The position numbers and the translations under genes are program-made. The notes under the pieces were generated by a model. That model saw nothing but the letters and a program-made list of their open reading frames with translations, searched no databases and had not been told where the DNA came from. A DNA stretch of 64,000 nucleotides from a phage: the sequence record PZ445521.1. One strand, given 5' to 3'. Of the stretch, positions 12,125-23,220 are shown piece by piece. Within the stretch, counting starts at the first letter, position 1. Each line of letters opens with the position of its first letter.

Positions 12125-12805
12125 TTATTTTAATGTTACGAAAGAAGAATTGCGTGTTTCACGAATTAAAACTGATCCGTCGCGGTTAATGTAATAAATT
12201 AAGCTAAATAAAGTTTGGTGTGCTGACGCATGTTCAAAACTAGTTGGGTGAGATTTCCAATCCGGAGTTTCAGCAATCCATTGATAAATCCACCAAGGAA
12301 CAGTGCAGAATCCTGGATTTTTTCCAATCAACTGAAGATTCGGACTAAAGTTTTCCGGAAGAGTAAATACAGACGGCTTTTCAGATTCAATAATCTCAAC
12401 TACAGCCTGTTCAAATTTTTCTTCAACAAAAGGAGTATCTTCAATCAAAACATCGGTATTTTCAGGAATTTTATCCTTTTCTACTACTTCAATTTTAATG
12501 TCAGATTTAACCGGAGAATCAATCAGAAGTGCTGCTTCTGGATTGACTTCTTCATCGTCATATTTTAATCCCTCTGCGGCATCAGCAGCATCAATTAAGT
12601 CTTTAATAGATAACCCATCAGTCTCTGGCATAGGTTCACTAGCAAGCTTCTGGAGGGCTTCTTCAATATCAACAACGATATTATCAAAAGATTTATTCTT
12701 TTTGACCTTTATACCAAACTGTTCAGCATATTCAGCTAATTTAGCTTTAGCTTCTTTATTATCATCAAGAGCCTTCAGCTCTGCAATATAATCTTTATCT
12801 ATCAT
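12125..12805 (-). CDS. inh: inhibitor of prohead protease Inh
   Basis: 226 aa; synteny after hoc. Confidence 0.8.
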   Translation of the reverse strand: MIDKDYIAELKALDDNKEAKAKLAEYAEQFGIKVKKNKSFDNIVVDIEEALQKLASEPMPETDGLSIKDLIDAADAAEGLKYDDEEVNPEAALLIDSPVKSDIKIEVVEKDKIPENTDVLIEDTPFVEEKFEQAVVEIIESEKPSVFTLPENFSPNLQLIGKNPGFCTVPWWIYQWIAETPDWKSHPTSFEHASAHQTLFSLIYYINRDGSVLIRETRNSSFVTLK

Positions 12806-12818
12806 AATATTTCCTCAG

Positions 12819-12826
12819 TATAAATA
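12819..12826 (+). promoter_or_regulatory. late promoter TATAAATA upstream of uvsW
   Basis: exact TATAAATA about 29 nt before ATG. Confidence 0.6.
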
Positions 12827-12855
12827 TAGATATATTTATTACATGGTATTTAGAC

Positions 12856-14367
12856 ATGACTGACATTAAAGTACATTTTTATGATTTTAGTCACGTGAGA
12901 ATTGATTGTGAAGAAAGTACATTTCATGAACTCCGTGATTTCTTTAGCTTTGAAGCTGATGGGTATCGTTTTAATCCGAAATACAAATATGGCCACTGGG
13001 ATGGACGAATCCGTCTTTTAGATTATAATCGTCTTCTTCCATTCGGCTTAGTCGGGCAAATTAAAAAGTTCTGTGATAACTTTGGCTATAAAGCCTGGAT
13101 TGACCCGCAAATTAACGAAAAAGAAGAATTATCAAGAAAAGATTTTGATGAATGGCTTTCTAAATTAGAAATCTATTCAGGAAATAAAAGAATTGAACCA
13201 CACTGGTATCAAAAAGATGCAGTGTTCGAAGGATTAGTTAATCGTCGTAGAATTCTTAATCTTCCAACATCTGCAGGTAAATCTTTAATTCAAGCTTTGC
13301 TTGCGCGATATTATTTGGAAAATTATGAAGGTAAAATTCTTATCATTGTTCCAACAACTGCTCTGACAACTCAAATGGCTGATGACTTCGTTGACTATCG
13401 TTTATTCAGTCATGCAATGATAAAGAAAATTGGCGGCGGAGCATCAAAAGATGATAAATATAAAAATGATGCACCAGTCGTTGTTGGTACATGGCAAACT
13501 GTAGTAAAACAACCAAAAGAATGGTTCTCACAGTTTGGAATGATGATGAATGATGAATGTCATCTTGCTACAGGAAAAAGTATTTCATCTATCATATCAG
13601 GATTAAATAACTGCATGTTCAAATTTGGTCTATCTGGTTCGTTACGTGATGGCAAAGCCAATATCATGCAGTATGTTGGAATGTTTGGTGAAATATTTAA
13701 ACCAGTAACGACTTCTAAATTAATGGAAGATGGACAAGTAACTGAGCTAAAAATTAATAGTATTTTTCTTCGCTATCCCGATGAGTTCACTACTAAATTA
13801 AAGGGAAAAACTTATCAAGAAGAAATAAAAATTATTACGGGGCTTAGTAAAAGAAATAAATGGATCGCTAAATTAGCTATTAAGCTTGCGCAAAAAGATG
13901 AAAACGCTTTTGTCATGTTTAAACACGTATCGCATGGTAAAGCTATTTTCGATTTAATTAAAAATGAATACGATAAAGTTTATTACGTATCAGGGGAAGT
14001 TGATACCGAAACCCGCAATATAATGAAAACCTTAGCTGAAAATGGTAAAGGAATAATTATAGTAGCTAGTTATGGTGTATTTTCTACTGGTATTTCAGTT
14101 AAAAATCTGCATCACGTTGTTTTAGCGCATGGTGTTAAATCAAAAATCATTGTATTACAAACAATCGGTCGTGTATTACGTAAGCATGGTTCTAAGACAA
14201 TAGCAACCGTCTGGGACCTCATCGATGATTGTGGTGTTAAGCCAAAATCTGCTAATACGAAAAAGAAATACGTTCATTTGAACTATCTTTTAAAACACGG
14301 CATTGATCGTATTCAGCGCTACGCAGATGAAAAATTTAATTACGTAATGAAAACAGTTAATTTATAA
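12856..14367 (+). CDS. uvsW: UvsW SF2 DNA/RNA helicase
   Basis: 503 aa; Walker A PTSAGKS and DExH-like DECH motif. Confidence 0.92.
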   Translation: MTDIKVHFYDFSHVRIDCEESTFHELRDFFSFEADGYRFNPKYKYGHWDGRIRLLDYNRLLPFGLVGQIKKFCDNFGYKAWIDPQINEKEELSRKDFDEWLSKLEIYSGNKRIEPHWYQKDAVFEGLVNRRRILNLPTSAGKSLIQALLARYYLENYEGKILIIVPTTALTTQMADDFVDYRLFSHAMIKKIGGGASKDDKYKNDAPVVVGTWQTVVKQPKEWFSQFGMMMNDECHLATGKSISSIISGLNNCMFKFGLSGSLRDGKANIMQYVGMFGEIFKPVTTSKLMEDGQVTELKINSIFLRYPDEFTTKLKGKTYQEEIKIITGLSKRNKWIAKLAIKLAQKDENAFVMFKHVSHGKAIFDLIKNEYDKVYYVSGEVDTETRNIMKTLAENGKGIIIVASYGVFSTGISVKNLHHVVLAHGVKSKIIVLQTIGRVLRKHGSKTIATVWDLIDDCGVKPKSANTKKKYVHLNYLLKHGIDRIQRYADEKFNYVMKTVNL

Positions 14368-14382
14368 GGGCTTCGGCCCTTT
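14366..14382 (+). terminator. hairpin after uvsW
   Basis: aagggcttcggcccttt read directly. Confidence 0.5.
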
Positions 14383-14392
14383 GGAGAAAAAG

Positions 14393-14623
14393 ATGTTACT
14401 AGAATTTAAACAATTTCTTTATGAAGCTTCTATTGATGAATTTATGGGTAAAATTGCCTCTTGTCAAACATTAGAAGGTTTAGAAGAACTTGAAGCTTAT
14501 TATAAGAAAAGAGTCAAAGAAACTGAATTAAAAGATACTGATGACATCTCTGTGAGAGATGCTTTGGCAGGAAAAAGAGCTGAATTAGAAGATTCAGACG
14601 ATGAAGTAGAAGAAAGCTTTTAA
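14393..14623 (+). CDS. uvsW.1: UvsW.1 small acidic protein
   Basis: 76 aa from ATG at 14393; the track start at 14381 is a TTG. Confidence 0.8.
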   Translation: MLLEFKQFLYEASIDEFMGKIASCQTLEGLEELEAYYKKRVKETELKDTDDISVRDALAGKRAELEDSDDEVEESF

Positions 14624-14678
14624 ATTAAAAAAGGCCCAACCAAAAAGGAAGGGCCAAAACTATAGACTAAAGGTCACA

Positions 14679-14846
14679 CTATAGCAAAAGTTGTGTTTCA
14701 TTTAATTGTTCTTCCGAACTTTCTGAAACTGGTAGTTCTTTAATGTAATTATAGCAAGGCCCAGGATGTACAGGACCTTTGTCTGTTTCAACAACCAATG
14801 CAGAATCGATTGGAGTTTTACAGACAACACAAATCTTATCTGACAT
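14679..14846 (-). CDS. small Cys-containing protein (position of T4 uvsY.-2)
   Basis: 55 aa ORF I translated by hand (MSDKICVVCKTPIDS...); below the ORF-track size cut-off. Confidence 0.55.
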   Translation of the reverse strand: MSDKICVVCKTPIDSALVVETDKGPVHPGPCYNYIKELPVSESSEEQLNETQLLL

Positions 14847-14874
14847 GATTGTCTCCTCTGAATTATATATCTAT

Positions 14875-15099
14875 TTATACAGCTCTCATATGCATATCAA
14901 TGCCCATATCTTTAGAATAAAAATATTCATCAAGATATCCAGCAAATTTTCCTTTAATATAAAGGACATCTTCACCACACGGGTGGTCGGCCAGGATACG
15001 AATATCCTGACGCTTAAGATTATGCTTTTTCATTAAGAATTGAATCTCAGTTTCAAATTCTTCTTCATAATTAAAAGCATCATCAATGCTATATCTCAT
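14875..15099 (-). CDS. hypothetical protein (position of T4 uvsY.-1)
   Basis: 74 aa; start-stop overlap with uvsY. Confidence 0.7.
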   Translation of the reverse strand: MRYSIDDAFNYEEEFETEIQFLMKKHNLKRQDIRILADHPCGEDVLYIKGKFAGYLDEYFYSKDMGIDMHMRAV

Positions 15100-15512
15100 T
15101 ATTTTCCAGCCTCAAATGCTCGCATGTCTTGAATATGCTTAATAGCAAATCCACGTGATTTAATAGCATCAAGAGCTCCGCTACAGAAATCTAATAAAAT
15201 CCCCCAATACTGCAACGAGGTATCAACCTTTAAAACATCCTTATCAGCTGATAGAACCGTCTTCATTTCTGATTTCTCGTAACGATCCATACTAAATTCA
15301 TCACCATCTCCTCGTCCCGAGTAGTAGTCTAATTTAGCTTTAAGAGCAACTTTTTTCTGTGCATCAATTCTAAGCATTTCCTTTTTAATACTTGAATGCT
15401 TATTAAGCCATTTACTATATAACATCACATTATTAGCTGCTTCATACTGTAATTTAGTCGAATCTATAAACACATCTTTCTTCAATTCTTCTTGAAGATC
15501 TTCTAATCTCAT
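15099..15512 (-). CDS. uvsY: recombination mediator UvsY
   Basis: 137 aa as T4 UvsY. Confidence 0.9.
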   Translation of the reverse strand: MRLEDLQEELKKDVFIDSTKLQYEAANNVMLYSKWLNKHSSIKKEMLRIDAQKKVALKAKLDYYSGRGDGDEFSMDRYEKSEMKTVLSADKDVLKVDTSLQYWGILLDFCSGALDAIKSRGFAIKHIQDMRAFEAGK

Positions 15513-15578
15513 ATTGTTCTCTATTCAATTGTTATTGGATGGACTTAGATTCATTATACCACGTTTATACGTGAAGCA

Positions 15579-15977
15579 TTATACTCTATTACTGGAAGCC
15601 AGTTGCAGTTTTATCTGCTCAATATCATCAGGATTATCGATGACCGAAAAGCGTATTTCTACTATCAGAGTATAATCATCATAAACCGGTATTACATTAA
15701 CTGCTAATTTATCAATACGTGGCTCATAGTTTCTTACTGCGCTTTCGATATTACGCTCAACCGTGTCAGCAGTAAGAGGAGTCATATTTTCAAAAAGCTG
15801 GTCTGATAAATCACATCCAAATTCAGGGTCAAACGGTCTTGAACCTTTTCTTGTTGTAATAATTCCCAAAAGACTGTTTTTAATTGACCTTAATCCAAGT
15901 GATCTGGAAACGTCTTTGTTCCAATCCATTTTCATTTCCGGGTCAATGTCAGAATAAAGCTTATTAATATTTGACAT
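15579..15977 (-). CDS. 25: baseplate wedge protein gp25
   Basis: 132 aa; recognised gp25. Confidence 0.92.
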   Translation of the reverse strand: MSNINKLYSDIDPEMKMDWNKDVSRSLGLRSIKNSLLGIITTRKGSRPFDPEFGCDLSDQLFENMTPLTADTVERNIESAVRNYEPRIDKLAVNVIPVYDDYTLIVEIRFSVIDNPDDIEQIKLQLASSNRV

Positions 15978-16603
15978 TATAGTAACTCAAAGAACTCTTT
16001 GAGGCCTCTTATTACGTGAGCATGGGTTTTTCCACACTCTGGACACTTAATTGGAACAGCCAAATAAACAGTAGGCTTTAAAAGCATATCTTTTATAGCT
16101 ACAATATCTGACTCTGTGATGATAGAATATAAATCTTCCAGTTCTTTTTCATTTAAGTCTTCAACTGGAATGCTTTCCCCGTTAGCATGAATCGTTTTTA
16201 TACATGATACTATCATGTGGGCTATATTTTTATCATCAAAAATTTTAGGGTATCGGAATTTAATTTTAATGTCACCCAGTGTATACCAGAGGTCTTCTGG
16301 TGCATCTATTTGTGTATGTAATAGATTTATATGGGTTGGTATTTCAGTTCCACAGGTGCACTTCCAGGAGTTTTCGTGATTAACTTCACCGAGAGAATGT
16401 GCCCATAAATGAATCAACAATAGTTCTGATTCTTGACGGTTTAAATCTTTTGCATTTGTGCAGTCTTTGATTAGCTTTTTAACAATTACTTCTACGGAAC
16501 CATTATTTTTGGCAGTAATAAGTTCTAGATATTCTTTAAGCGTGAATGCGCGACAATTGATTATTTTAGAACCAACTCTCACATCAAATTTGTATTCATA
16601 CAT
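15977..16603 (-). CDS. 26: baseplate hub protein gp26
   Basis: 208 aa; synteny. Confidence 0.88.
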   Translation of the reverse strand: MYEYKFDVRVGSKIINCRAFTLKEYLELITAKNNGSVEVIVKKLIKDCTNAKDLNRQESELLLIHLWAHSLGEVNHENSWKCTCGTEIPTHINLLHTQIDAPEDLWYTLGDIKIKFRYPKIFDDKNIAHMIVSCIKTIHANGESIPVEDLNEKELEDLYSIITESDIVAIKDMLLKPTVYLAVPIKCPECGKTHAHVIRGLKEFFELL

Positions 16604-16624
16604 ATTTAGCTCCTTTATTTATCA

Positions 16625-16636
16625 TATTTATAAATA
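16625..16636. promoter_or_regulatory. divergent late promoters for gene 26 (-) and gene 51 (+)
   Basis: tatttataaata gives TATAAATA on both strands (plus 16629-16636, minus 16625-16632). Confidence 0.7.
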
Positions 16637-16653
16637 GAATAAAAGGAGCATCT

Positions 16654-17403
16654 ATGGCAAACATTATTCGTTGTAAATTACCAGATGGTGTTCATCGTTT
16701 TAAACCATTTACGGTAGAAGATTATCGAGATTTTTTGTTAGTTCGAAACGATATAGAACATCGGTCACCACAAGAACAAAAAGAAATAATTGCTGATTTA
16801 ATTGCCGATTATTTTGGAGACTATCCGAAGACTTGGCAACCATTTATATTTTTGCAGGTATTTGTAGGGTCAATAGGTAAAACTAAAGTACCGGTCACAT
16901 TTGTATGTCCAAAATGTAAAAAAGAAAAGACAGTTCCATTTGAAATATATCAAAAAGAATTAAAGGAACCTGTTTTTGATGTAGCTAATGTTAAAATTAA
17001 ATTAAAGTTTCCTTCTGAGTTTTATGAAAATAAAGCAAAGATGATTACTGAAAATATTCATTCTGTTCAAGTAGATGAAATATGGTATGATTGGAAGGAA
17101 ATTAGCGAGTCCAGTCAAATAGAACTAGTTGACGCCATCGAGATAGAAACATTAGAAAAAATTCTCGATGCAATGAATCCTATTAATTTAACTCTACATA
17201 TGTCATGCTGTAATAAGTACATTAAAAAATACACTGATATAGTAGACGTGTTTAAGCTATTAGTTAACCCAGATGAGATATTTACTTTTTATCAAATTAA
17301 TCACACACTCGTAAAAAGTAATTATAGCTTAAATTCAATAATGAAAATGATTCCTGCTGAGCGCGGATTCGTATTAAAACTGATTGAGAAGGATAAACAA
17401 TAA
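16654..17403 (+). CDS. 51: baseplate hub assembly catalyst gp51
   Basis: 249 aa; synteny. Confidence 0.88.
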   Translation: MANIIRCKLPDGVHRFKPFTVEDYRDFLLVRNDIEHRSPQEQKEIIADLIADYFGDYPKTWQPFIFLQVFVGSIGKTKVPVTFVCPKCKKEKTVPFEIYQKELKEPVFDVANVKIKLKFPSEFYENKAKMITENIHSVQVDEIWYDWKEISESSQIELVDAIEIETLEKILDAMNPINLTLHMSCCNKYIKKYTDIVDVFKLLVNPDEIFTFYQINHTLVKSNYSLNSIMKMIPAERGFVLKLIEKDKQ

Positions 17404-18578
17404 TGAGTATGTTGCAACGCCCCGGATATCCAAATCTCAGCGTTAAATTATTTGATAGCTACGACGCTTGGAGTAATAATAGATTTGTTGAATTAGCTGC
17501 TACTATTACTACATTAACTATGCGGGATTCTCTTTATGGCCGAAATGAAGGAATGCTGCAGTTTTATGATTCTAAAAACATCCATACAAAAATGGATGGA
17601 AATGAAATAATTCAGATTTCTGTAGCTAATGCAAACGATATTAATAATGTTAAAACACGAATTTATGGATGTAAGCATTTTTCCGTGTCAGTAGATTCAA
17701 AAGGCGATAACATCATTGCTATTGAATTAGGAACTATTCATTCTATAGAAAATCTTAAATTTGGTAGACCATTTTTCCCTGATGCAGGTGAATCTATAAA
17801 AGAAATGCTTGGTGTCATTTATCAGGATCGCACATTATTAACTCCAGCAATAAATGCTATAAATGCTTATGTTCCTGATATTCCATGGACTAGCACATTT
17901 GAAAACTATTTGTCATATGTCAGAGAAGTTGCTCTAGCTGTAGGAAGCGACAAATTTGTATTTGTATGGCAAGACATCATGGGAGTTAACATGATGGACT
18001 ATGATATGATGATAAATCAAGAACCATATCCAATGATTGTCGGTGAGCCATCTTTAATAGGTCAATTTGTCCAAGAATTAAAATATCCATTAGCATATGA
18101 TTTTGTTTGGTTGACTAAATCGAATCCTCACAAACGTGACCCAATGAAAAACGCTACTATCTATGCGCATTCGTTTTTGGATTCTTCATTGCCAATGATT
18201 ACTACAGGAAAGGGCGAAAACTCTATTGTAGTGTCAAGGTCAGGTGCTTATTCTGAAATGACTTATAGGAATGGATATGAAGAAGCTATTCGTCTTCAAA
18301 CTATGGCGCAATACGATGGCTATGCTAAATGTTCTACTGTCGGTAATTTTAACTTGACTCCTGGCGTTAAAATTATTTTTAATGATAGTAAAAATCAATT
18401 TAAAACCGAATTTTACGTTGATGAAGTTATCCATGAATTATCAAATAATAATTCCGTAACTCATCTATATATGTTCACTAATGCAACGAAACTGGAAACA
18501 ATAGACCCAGTTAAGGTTAAAAATGAATTTAAATCTGATACTACCACTGAAGAAAGTAGTTCTTCCAATAAGCAATAA
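17403..18578 (+). CDS. 27: baseplate hub protein gp27
   Basis: 391 aa; synteny. Confidence 0.92.
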   Translation: MSMLQRPGYPNLSVKLFDSYDAWSNNRFVELAATITTLTMRDSLYGRNEGMLQFYDSKNIHTKMDGNEIIQISVANANDINNVKTRIYGCKHFSVSVDSKGDNIIAIELGTIHSIENLKFGRPFFPDAGESIKEMLGVIYQDRTLLTPAINAINAYVPDIPWTSTFENYLSYVREVALAVGSDKFVFVWQDIMGVNMMDYDMMINQEPYPMIVGEPSLIGQFVQELKYPLAYDFVWLTKSNPHKRDPMKNATIYAHSFLDSSLPMITTGKGENSIVVSRSGAYSEMTYRNGYEEAIRLQTMAQYDGYAKCSTVGNFNLTPGVKIIFNDSKNQFKTEFYVDEVIHELSNNNSVTHLYMFTNATKLETIDPVKVKNEFKSDTTTEESSSSNKQ

Positions 18579-19056
18579 AGAAGTTTCTATTCCTAAAATG
18601 GGTCTTAAACACTATAACATTTTAAAAGATGTTAAAGGTCCTGATGAAAATTTAAAACTTCTTATTGATTCTATTTGTCCGAATTTATCACCGGCAGAAG
18701 TTGATTTCGTTTCTATTCATCTATTGGAATTTAATGGAAAGATTAAATCTCGTAAAGAAATAGATGGTTATACTTATGACATTAATGATGTTTATGTATG
18801 CCAAAGATTGGAATTTCAATACCAAGGAAATACATTTTATTTTAGACCTCCTGGAAAATTTGAACAATTTTTAACGGTGAGCGATATGTTATCTAAATGC
18901 TTGCTTAAGGTCAATGATGAAGTTAAAGAAATTAATTTTCTTGAGATGCCAGCATTCGTTTTAAAATGGGCAAATGATATTTTTACAACTTTAGCAATTC
19001 CTGGCCCTAATGGTCCAATAACCGGAATTGGCAATATTATTGGATTATTTGAATGA
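18523..19056 (+). CDS. 28: baseplate hub distal protein gp28
   Basis: 177 aa; overlaps end of gene 27 by 56 nt. Confidence 0.85.
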   Translation: MNLNLILPLKKVVLPISNKEVSIPKMGLKHYNILKDVKGPDENLKLLIDSICPNLSPAEVDFVSIHLLEFNGKIKSRKEIDGYTYDINDVYVCQRLEFQYQGNTFYFRPPGKFEQFLTVSDMLSKCLLKVNDEVKEINFLEMPAFVLKWANDIFTTLAIPGPNGPITGIGNIIGLFE

Positions 19057-20825
19057 AAAAGCCACAAGAAATGCAAACGATGCGTAGAAAAGTTATTTCA
19101 GATAATAAACCAACACAGGAAGCGGCTAAATCCGCTTCTAACACTTTATCTGGACTTAACGATATATCTACGAAATTGGATGATGCTCAAGCTGCCTCTG
19201 AATTAATAGCTCAAACTGTCGAAGAAAAATCGAATGAAATAGTTGGAGCAATTGACAACGTAGAAAGCGCAGTGAGTGATACTACCGCAGGTTCTGAGTT
19301 AATTGCCGAGACTGTTGAAATTGGCAATAATATCAATAAAGAAATAGGCGAATCACTCGGAAGCAAATTAGATAAATTAACGAGTTTATTAGAACAAAAA
19401 ATCCAGACAGCTGGAATTCAACAGACTGGAACTAGTTTAGCCACAGTTGAAAGCGCTATTCCTGTTAAAGTCGTTGAGGATGATACTGCTGAATCTGTGG
19501 GTCCTTTATTACCGGCCCCTGAAGCAGTTAATAATGATCCTGACGCTGATTTTTTCCCTACCCCTCAGCCAGTTGAGCCAAAGCAAGAATCACCAGAAGA
19601 AAAACAGAAAAAAGAAGCATTTAACTTAAAATTATCTCAAGCTTTAGATAAATTAACAAAGACAGTTGATTTTGGATTTAAGAAATCCATTTCAATTAGT
19701 GATAAAATATCAAGCATGTTATTTAAGTACACCATCAGTGCTGCTATTGAAGCTGCTAAAATGACTGCAATGATATTGGCTGTTGTTATTGGAATAGACT
19801 TGCTGATGGTTCATTTTAAATATTGGTCAGATAAATTTTCAAAAGCCTGGGATTTATTTAATACTGACTTTACTAAATTCTCTAGCGAAACCGGAACATG
19901 GGGTCCTTTATTACAGAGCATCTTTGATTCTATTGATAAAATTAAACAACTTTGGGAAGCGGGAGATTGGGGTGGATTGACAGCAGCTATTGTTGAAGGA
20001 CTCGGAAGTGTTCTTTTTAATTTAGGAGAGCTTATTCAATTAGGTATGGCTAAATTATCTGCTGCAATTCTTCGAGTCATTCCTGGTATGAAGGATACCG
20101 CTGATGAAGTAGAAGGAAGAGCATTGGAAAATTTCCAAAATTCTACTGGAGCATCTCTCAATAAAGAAGACCAAGAAAAAGTTGCAAATTATCAAGATAA
20201 ACGAATGAATGGAGACCTTGGTCCGATAGCAAAAGGATTAGATAAAATTGCTAATTGGAAAACTCGTGCATCTAACTGGATTCGTGGTGTAGATAATAAA
20301 GAAGCGCTGACTACCGACGAAGAGCGTGCGGCAGAAGAAGAAAAATTAAAGCAACTTTCACCGGAAGAAAGAAAAAATGCTTTAATGAAGGCTAATGAAG
20401 CTCGTGCCGCGATGATTCGCTTTGAAAAATATGCTGATTCAGCTGATATGAGTAAAGACTCAACGGTTAAATCAGTTGAATCTGCCTATGAAGACCTTAA
20501 AAAACGGATGGATGACCCGGATTTAAATAATTCACCGGCAGTTAAAAAAGAACTTGCTGCTAGATTTTCTAAAATTGATGCTACTTATCAAGAGCTCAAG
20601 AAAAATCAGCCTAATGCCAAACCTGAAACTTCTGCTAAATCGCCAGAAGCGAAACAGGTCCAGGTTATTGAAAAGAACAAAGCACAGCAAGCTCCTGTTC
20701 AACAAGCATCTCCTTCAATCAATAATACTAATAATGTTATTAAGAAAAATACTGTCGTTCATAATATGACACCCGTAACGAGCACGACTGCTCCTGGTGT
20801 ATTTGATGCGACTGGAGTTAATTAA
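19053..20825 (+). CDS. 29: baseplate hub protein / tail length determinator gp29
   Basis: 590 aa; synteny. Confidence 0.9.
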   Translation: MKKPQEMQTMRRKVISDNKPTQEAAKSASNTLSGLNDISTKLDDAQAASELIAQTVEEKSNEIVGAIDNVESAVSDTTAGSELIAETVEIGNNINKEIGESLGSKLDKLTSLLEQKIQTAGIQQTGTSLATVESAIPVKVVEDDTAESVGPLLPAPEAVNNDPDADFFPTPQPVEPKQESPEEKQKKEAFNLKLSQALDKLTKTVDFGFKKSISISDKISSMLFKYTISAAIEAAKMTAMILAVVIGIDLLMVHFKYWSDKFSKAWDLFNTDFTKFSSETGTWGPLLQSIFDSIDKIKQLWEAGDWGGLTAAIVEGLGSVLFNLGELIQLGMAKLSAAILRVIPGMKDTADEVEGRALENFQNSTGASLNKEDQEKVANYQDKRMNGDLGPIAKGLDKIANWKTRASNWIRGVDNKEALTTDEERAAEEEKLKQLSPEERKNALMKANEARAAMIRFEKYADSADMSKDSTVKSVESAYEDLKKRMDDPDLNNSPAVKKELAARFSKIDATYQELKKNQPNAKPETSAKSPEAKQVQVIEKNKAQQAPVQQASPSINNTNNVIKKNTVVHNMTPVTSTTAPGVFDATGVN

Positions 20826-20833
20826 GGAATAAT

Positions 20834-21928
20834 ATGGCAATTGTTAAAGAAATAACTGCTGATTTAATTAAAAAGTCCGGTGAGAAAACTTCAGCCGGAC
20901 AGAGTACTAAATCAGAAGTAGGAACTAAAACATACACTGCCCAGTTTCCAACTGGGCGTGCTAGTGGTAATGACACTACAGGGGACTTCCAGGTAACAGA
21001 TCTATATAAGAATGGATTATTATTTACTGCATACAATATGTCATCTAGGGATTCTGGAAGTCTTAGATCGATGAGATCTAACTACTCTTCTTCATCTTCG
21101 AGTATTTTACGTACAGCAAGAAACACTATTAGTAGTACAGTATCAAAACTATCAAATGGATTAATATCAAATAATAATTCAGGAACAATAAGTAAAGCTC
21201 CTATCGCAAACATTCTTTTACCGAGATCTAAATCTGATGTTGATACATCATCACATAGATTTAATGATGTTCAAGAAAGCCTTATCAGTAGAGGCGGAGG
21301 TACTGCTACTGGTGTGCTAAGTAATATTGCTTCAACCGCAGTATTTGGGGCACTGGAAAGTATAACACAAGGTATAATGGCTGATAATAATGAACAGATT
21401 TATACGACAGCCAGAAGTATGTATGGTGGTGCTGAAAATAGAACTAAAGTGTTTACATGGGATTTGACTCCACGTTCAACAGAAGATTTAATGGCTATTA
21501 TTAATATCTATCAATATTTTAACTATTTTTCTTATGGTGAAACGGGTAAATCTCAATATGCTGCTGAAATAAAGGGGTATTTAGATGATTGGTATCGTTC
21601 TACGTTAATTGAACCTTTATCTCCGGAAGACGCAGCTAAAAATAAAACACTATTTGAGAAAATGACATCGAGTTTAACTAACGTTCTAGTGGTTTCAAAC
21701 CCGACAATTTGGATGGTGAAAAACTTTGGTGCAACATCTAAGTTTGATGGAAAAACGGAAATATTTGGTCCATGTCAAATACAGAGCATTAGATTTGATA
21801 AAACACCTAATGGTAACTTTAACGGATTAGCTATTGCTCCAAACCTCCCTAGTACATTTACTCTCGAGATTACTATGAGAGAAATTATCACGTTAAACCG
21901 TGCTTCTTTATATGCGGGGACTTTTTAA
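20834..21928 (+). CDS. 48: baseplate tail tube cap gp48
   Basis: 364 aa; synteny. Confidence 0.9.
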   Translation: MAIVKEITADLIKKSGEKTSAGQSTKSEVGTKTYTAQFPTGRASGNDTTGDFQVTDLYKNGLLFTAYNMSSRDSGSLRSMRSNYSSSSSSILRTARNTISSTVSKLSNGLISNNNSGTISKAPIANILLPRSKSDVDTSSHRFNDVQESLISRGGGTATGVLSNIASTAVFGALESITQGIMADNNEQIYTTARSMYGGAENRTKVFTWDLTPRSTEDLMAIINIYQYFNYFSYGETGKSQYAAEIKGYLDDWYRSTLIEPLSPEDAAKNKTLFEKMTSSLTNVLVVSNPTIWMVKNFGATSKFDGKTEIFGPCQIQSIRFDKTPNGNFNGLAIAPNLPSTFTLEITMREIITLNRASLYAGTF

Positions 21929-22893
21929 TGTATTCTTTAGAGGAATTTAATAATCAAGCAATAAACGCAGATTTCCAACGTAATAATATGTTTAGCTGCG
22001 TTTTTGCAACAACTCCATCAACTAAAAGCTCTTCGTTGATAAGTTCAATTAGCAACTTTTCTTATAATAACTTGGGCCTAAATTCAGATTGGTTAGGATT
22101 AACTCAAGGCGATATTAATCAGGGAATTACCACGCTAATTACAGCTGGCACACAAAAACTGATAAGAAAATCAGGGGTTAGTAAATATCTTATTGGTGCC
22201 ATGAGTCAACGTACAGTTCAAAGTTTATTAGGCTCATTTACAGTTGGTACATATTTAATTGACTTCTTTAACATGGCATATAACTCATCTGGATTGATGA
22301 TATATTCTGTAAAAATGCCAGAGAATAGATTATCCTATGAAACTGACTGGAACTATAATTCTCCTAATATTCGTATAACTGGAAGAGAATTAGACCCTTT
22401 GGTTATTTCATTTAGAATGGATTCAGAAGCTTGTAACTATCGTGCAATGCAAGACTGGGTTAACTCCGTTCAAGACCCAGTAACTGGACTGCGTGCTTTG
22501 CCACAAGATGTCGAGGCAGATATTCAGGTTAATCTTCATTCTCGTAATGGATTGCCTCATACTGCGGTGATGTTCACCGGATGCATTCCAATATCAGTGA
22601 GCGCTCCTGAGTTATCATATGATGGAGATAACCAAATAACTACATTTGATGTTACTTTTGCGTACAGAGTGATGCAGGCTGGAGCGGTTGATAGGCAAGC
22701 TGCGCTTGAATGGCTTGAATCTGCTGCTATAAATGGTATTCAAAGCGTTCTCGGAAATAGTGGAGGTGTTACTGGACTATCTAATTCGCTTTCACGACTT
22801 AGTAGATTAGGAGGGACTGCTGGAAGCATTTCAAACATTAATACTATGACAGGAATTGTTAATTCGCAGAGTAAAATATTAGGAGCAATATAA
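21928..22893 (+). CDS. 54: baseplate tail tube initiator gp54
   Basis: 321 aa; gp19-like C-terminal region; synteny. Confidence 0.9.
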   Translation: MYSLEEFNNQAINADFQRNNMFSCVFATTPSTKSSSLISSISNFSYNNLGLNSDWLGLTQGDINQGITTLITAGTQKLIRKSGVSKYLIGAMSQRTVQSLLGSFTVGTYLIDFFNMAYNSSGLMIYSVKMPENRLSYETDWNYNSPNIRITGRELDPLVISFRMDSEACNYRAMQDWVNSVQDPVTGLRALPQDVEADIQVNLHSRNGLPHTAVMFTGCIPISVSAPELSYDGDNQITTFDVTFAYRVMQAGAVDRQAALEWLESAAINGIQSVLGNSGGVTGLSNSLSRLSRLGGTAGSISNINTMTGIVNSQSKILGAI

Positions 22894-22897
22894 CAAT

Positions 22898-22915
22898 GGG
22901 GACCTTTCGGTCCCC
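22898..22915. terminator. bidirectional terminator between gene 54 (+) and the minus-strand early block
   Basis: hairpin ggggacctttcggtcccc with T tracts. Confidence 0.7.
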
Positions 22916-22921
22916 ATATTT

Positions 22922-23212
22922 TTATTTACGGAATGAAATGAAAGCAGAAACTGAAGCAACTAAACTGTCTTCAATATAAACTTCAATTTTTACCGGAGCT
23001 TCTGACTCGAATTTACCTGTTACTACACCTTGGAAAATACTTTCAGTTTGTTCTGGCTTTGAAAAATTTTCAGAAGGAAAAATTCCGAACTTTTTATCTG
23101 TTCCAAAAATTTTGATAAATTCATCATAAACTGCTTCATTAAAAGCATTATCAGCAGGAATAACGCCTTCAACTACAAGTTCTTGACCCAAAAAGCGCAA
23201 AGAAGATTTCAT
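22922..23212 (-). CDS. hypothetical protein downstream of the alt genes
   Basis: 96 aa ORF; preceded by the early promoter element at 23221-23274. Confidence 0.65.
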   Translation of the reverse strand: MKSSLRFLGQELVVEGVIPADNAFNEAVYDEFIKIFGTDKKFGIFPSENFSKPEQTESIFQGVVTGKFESEAPVKIEVYIEDSLVASVSAFISFRK

Positions 23213-23220
23213 TTTGTGTT

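Noticed and set aside
14779-15036. 85-aa plus-strand ORF
   Set aside because: It is antisense to the uvsY.-1 and uvsY.-2 genes in an A/T-rich region; the minus-strand genes fit the operon structure.
20554-20769. 71-aa plus-strand ORF rich in Leu/Lys
   Set aside because: It is an alternate frame inside gene 29; no independent evidence.
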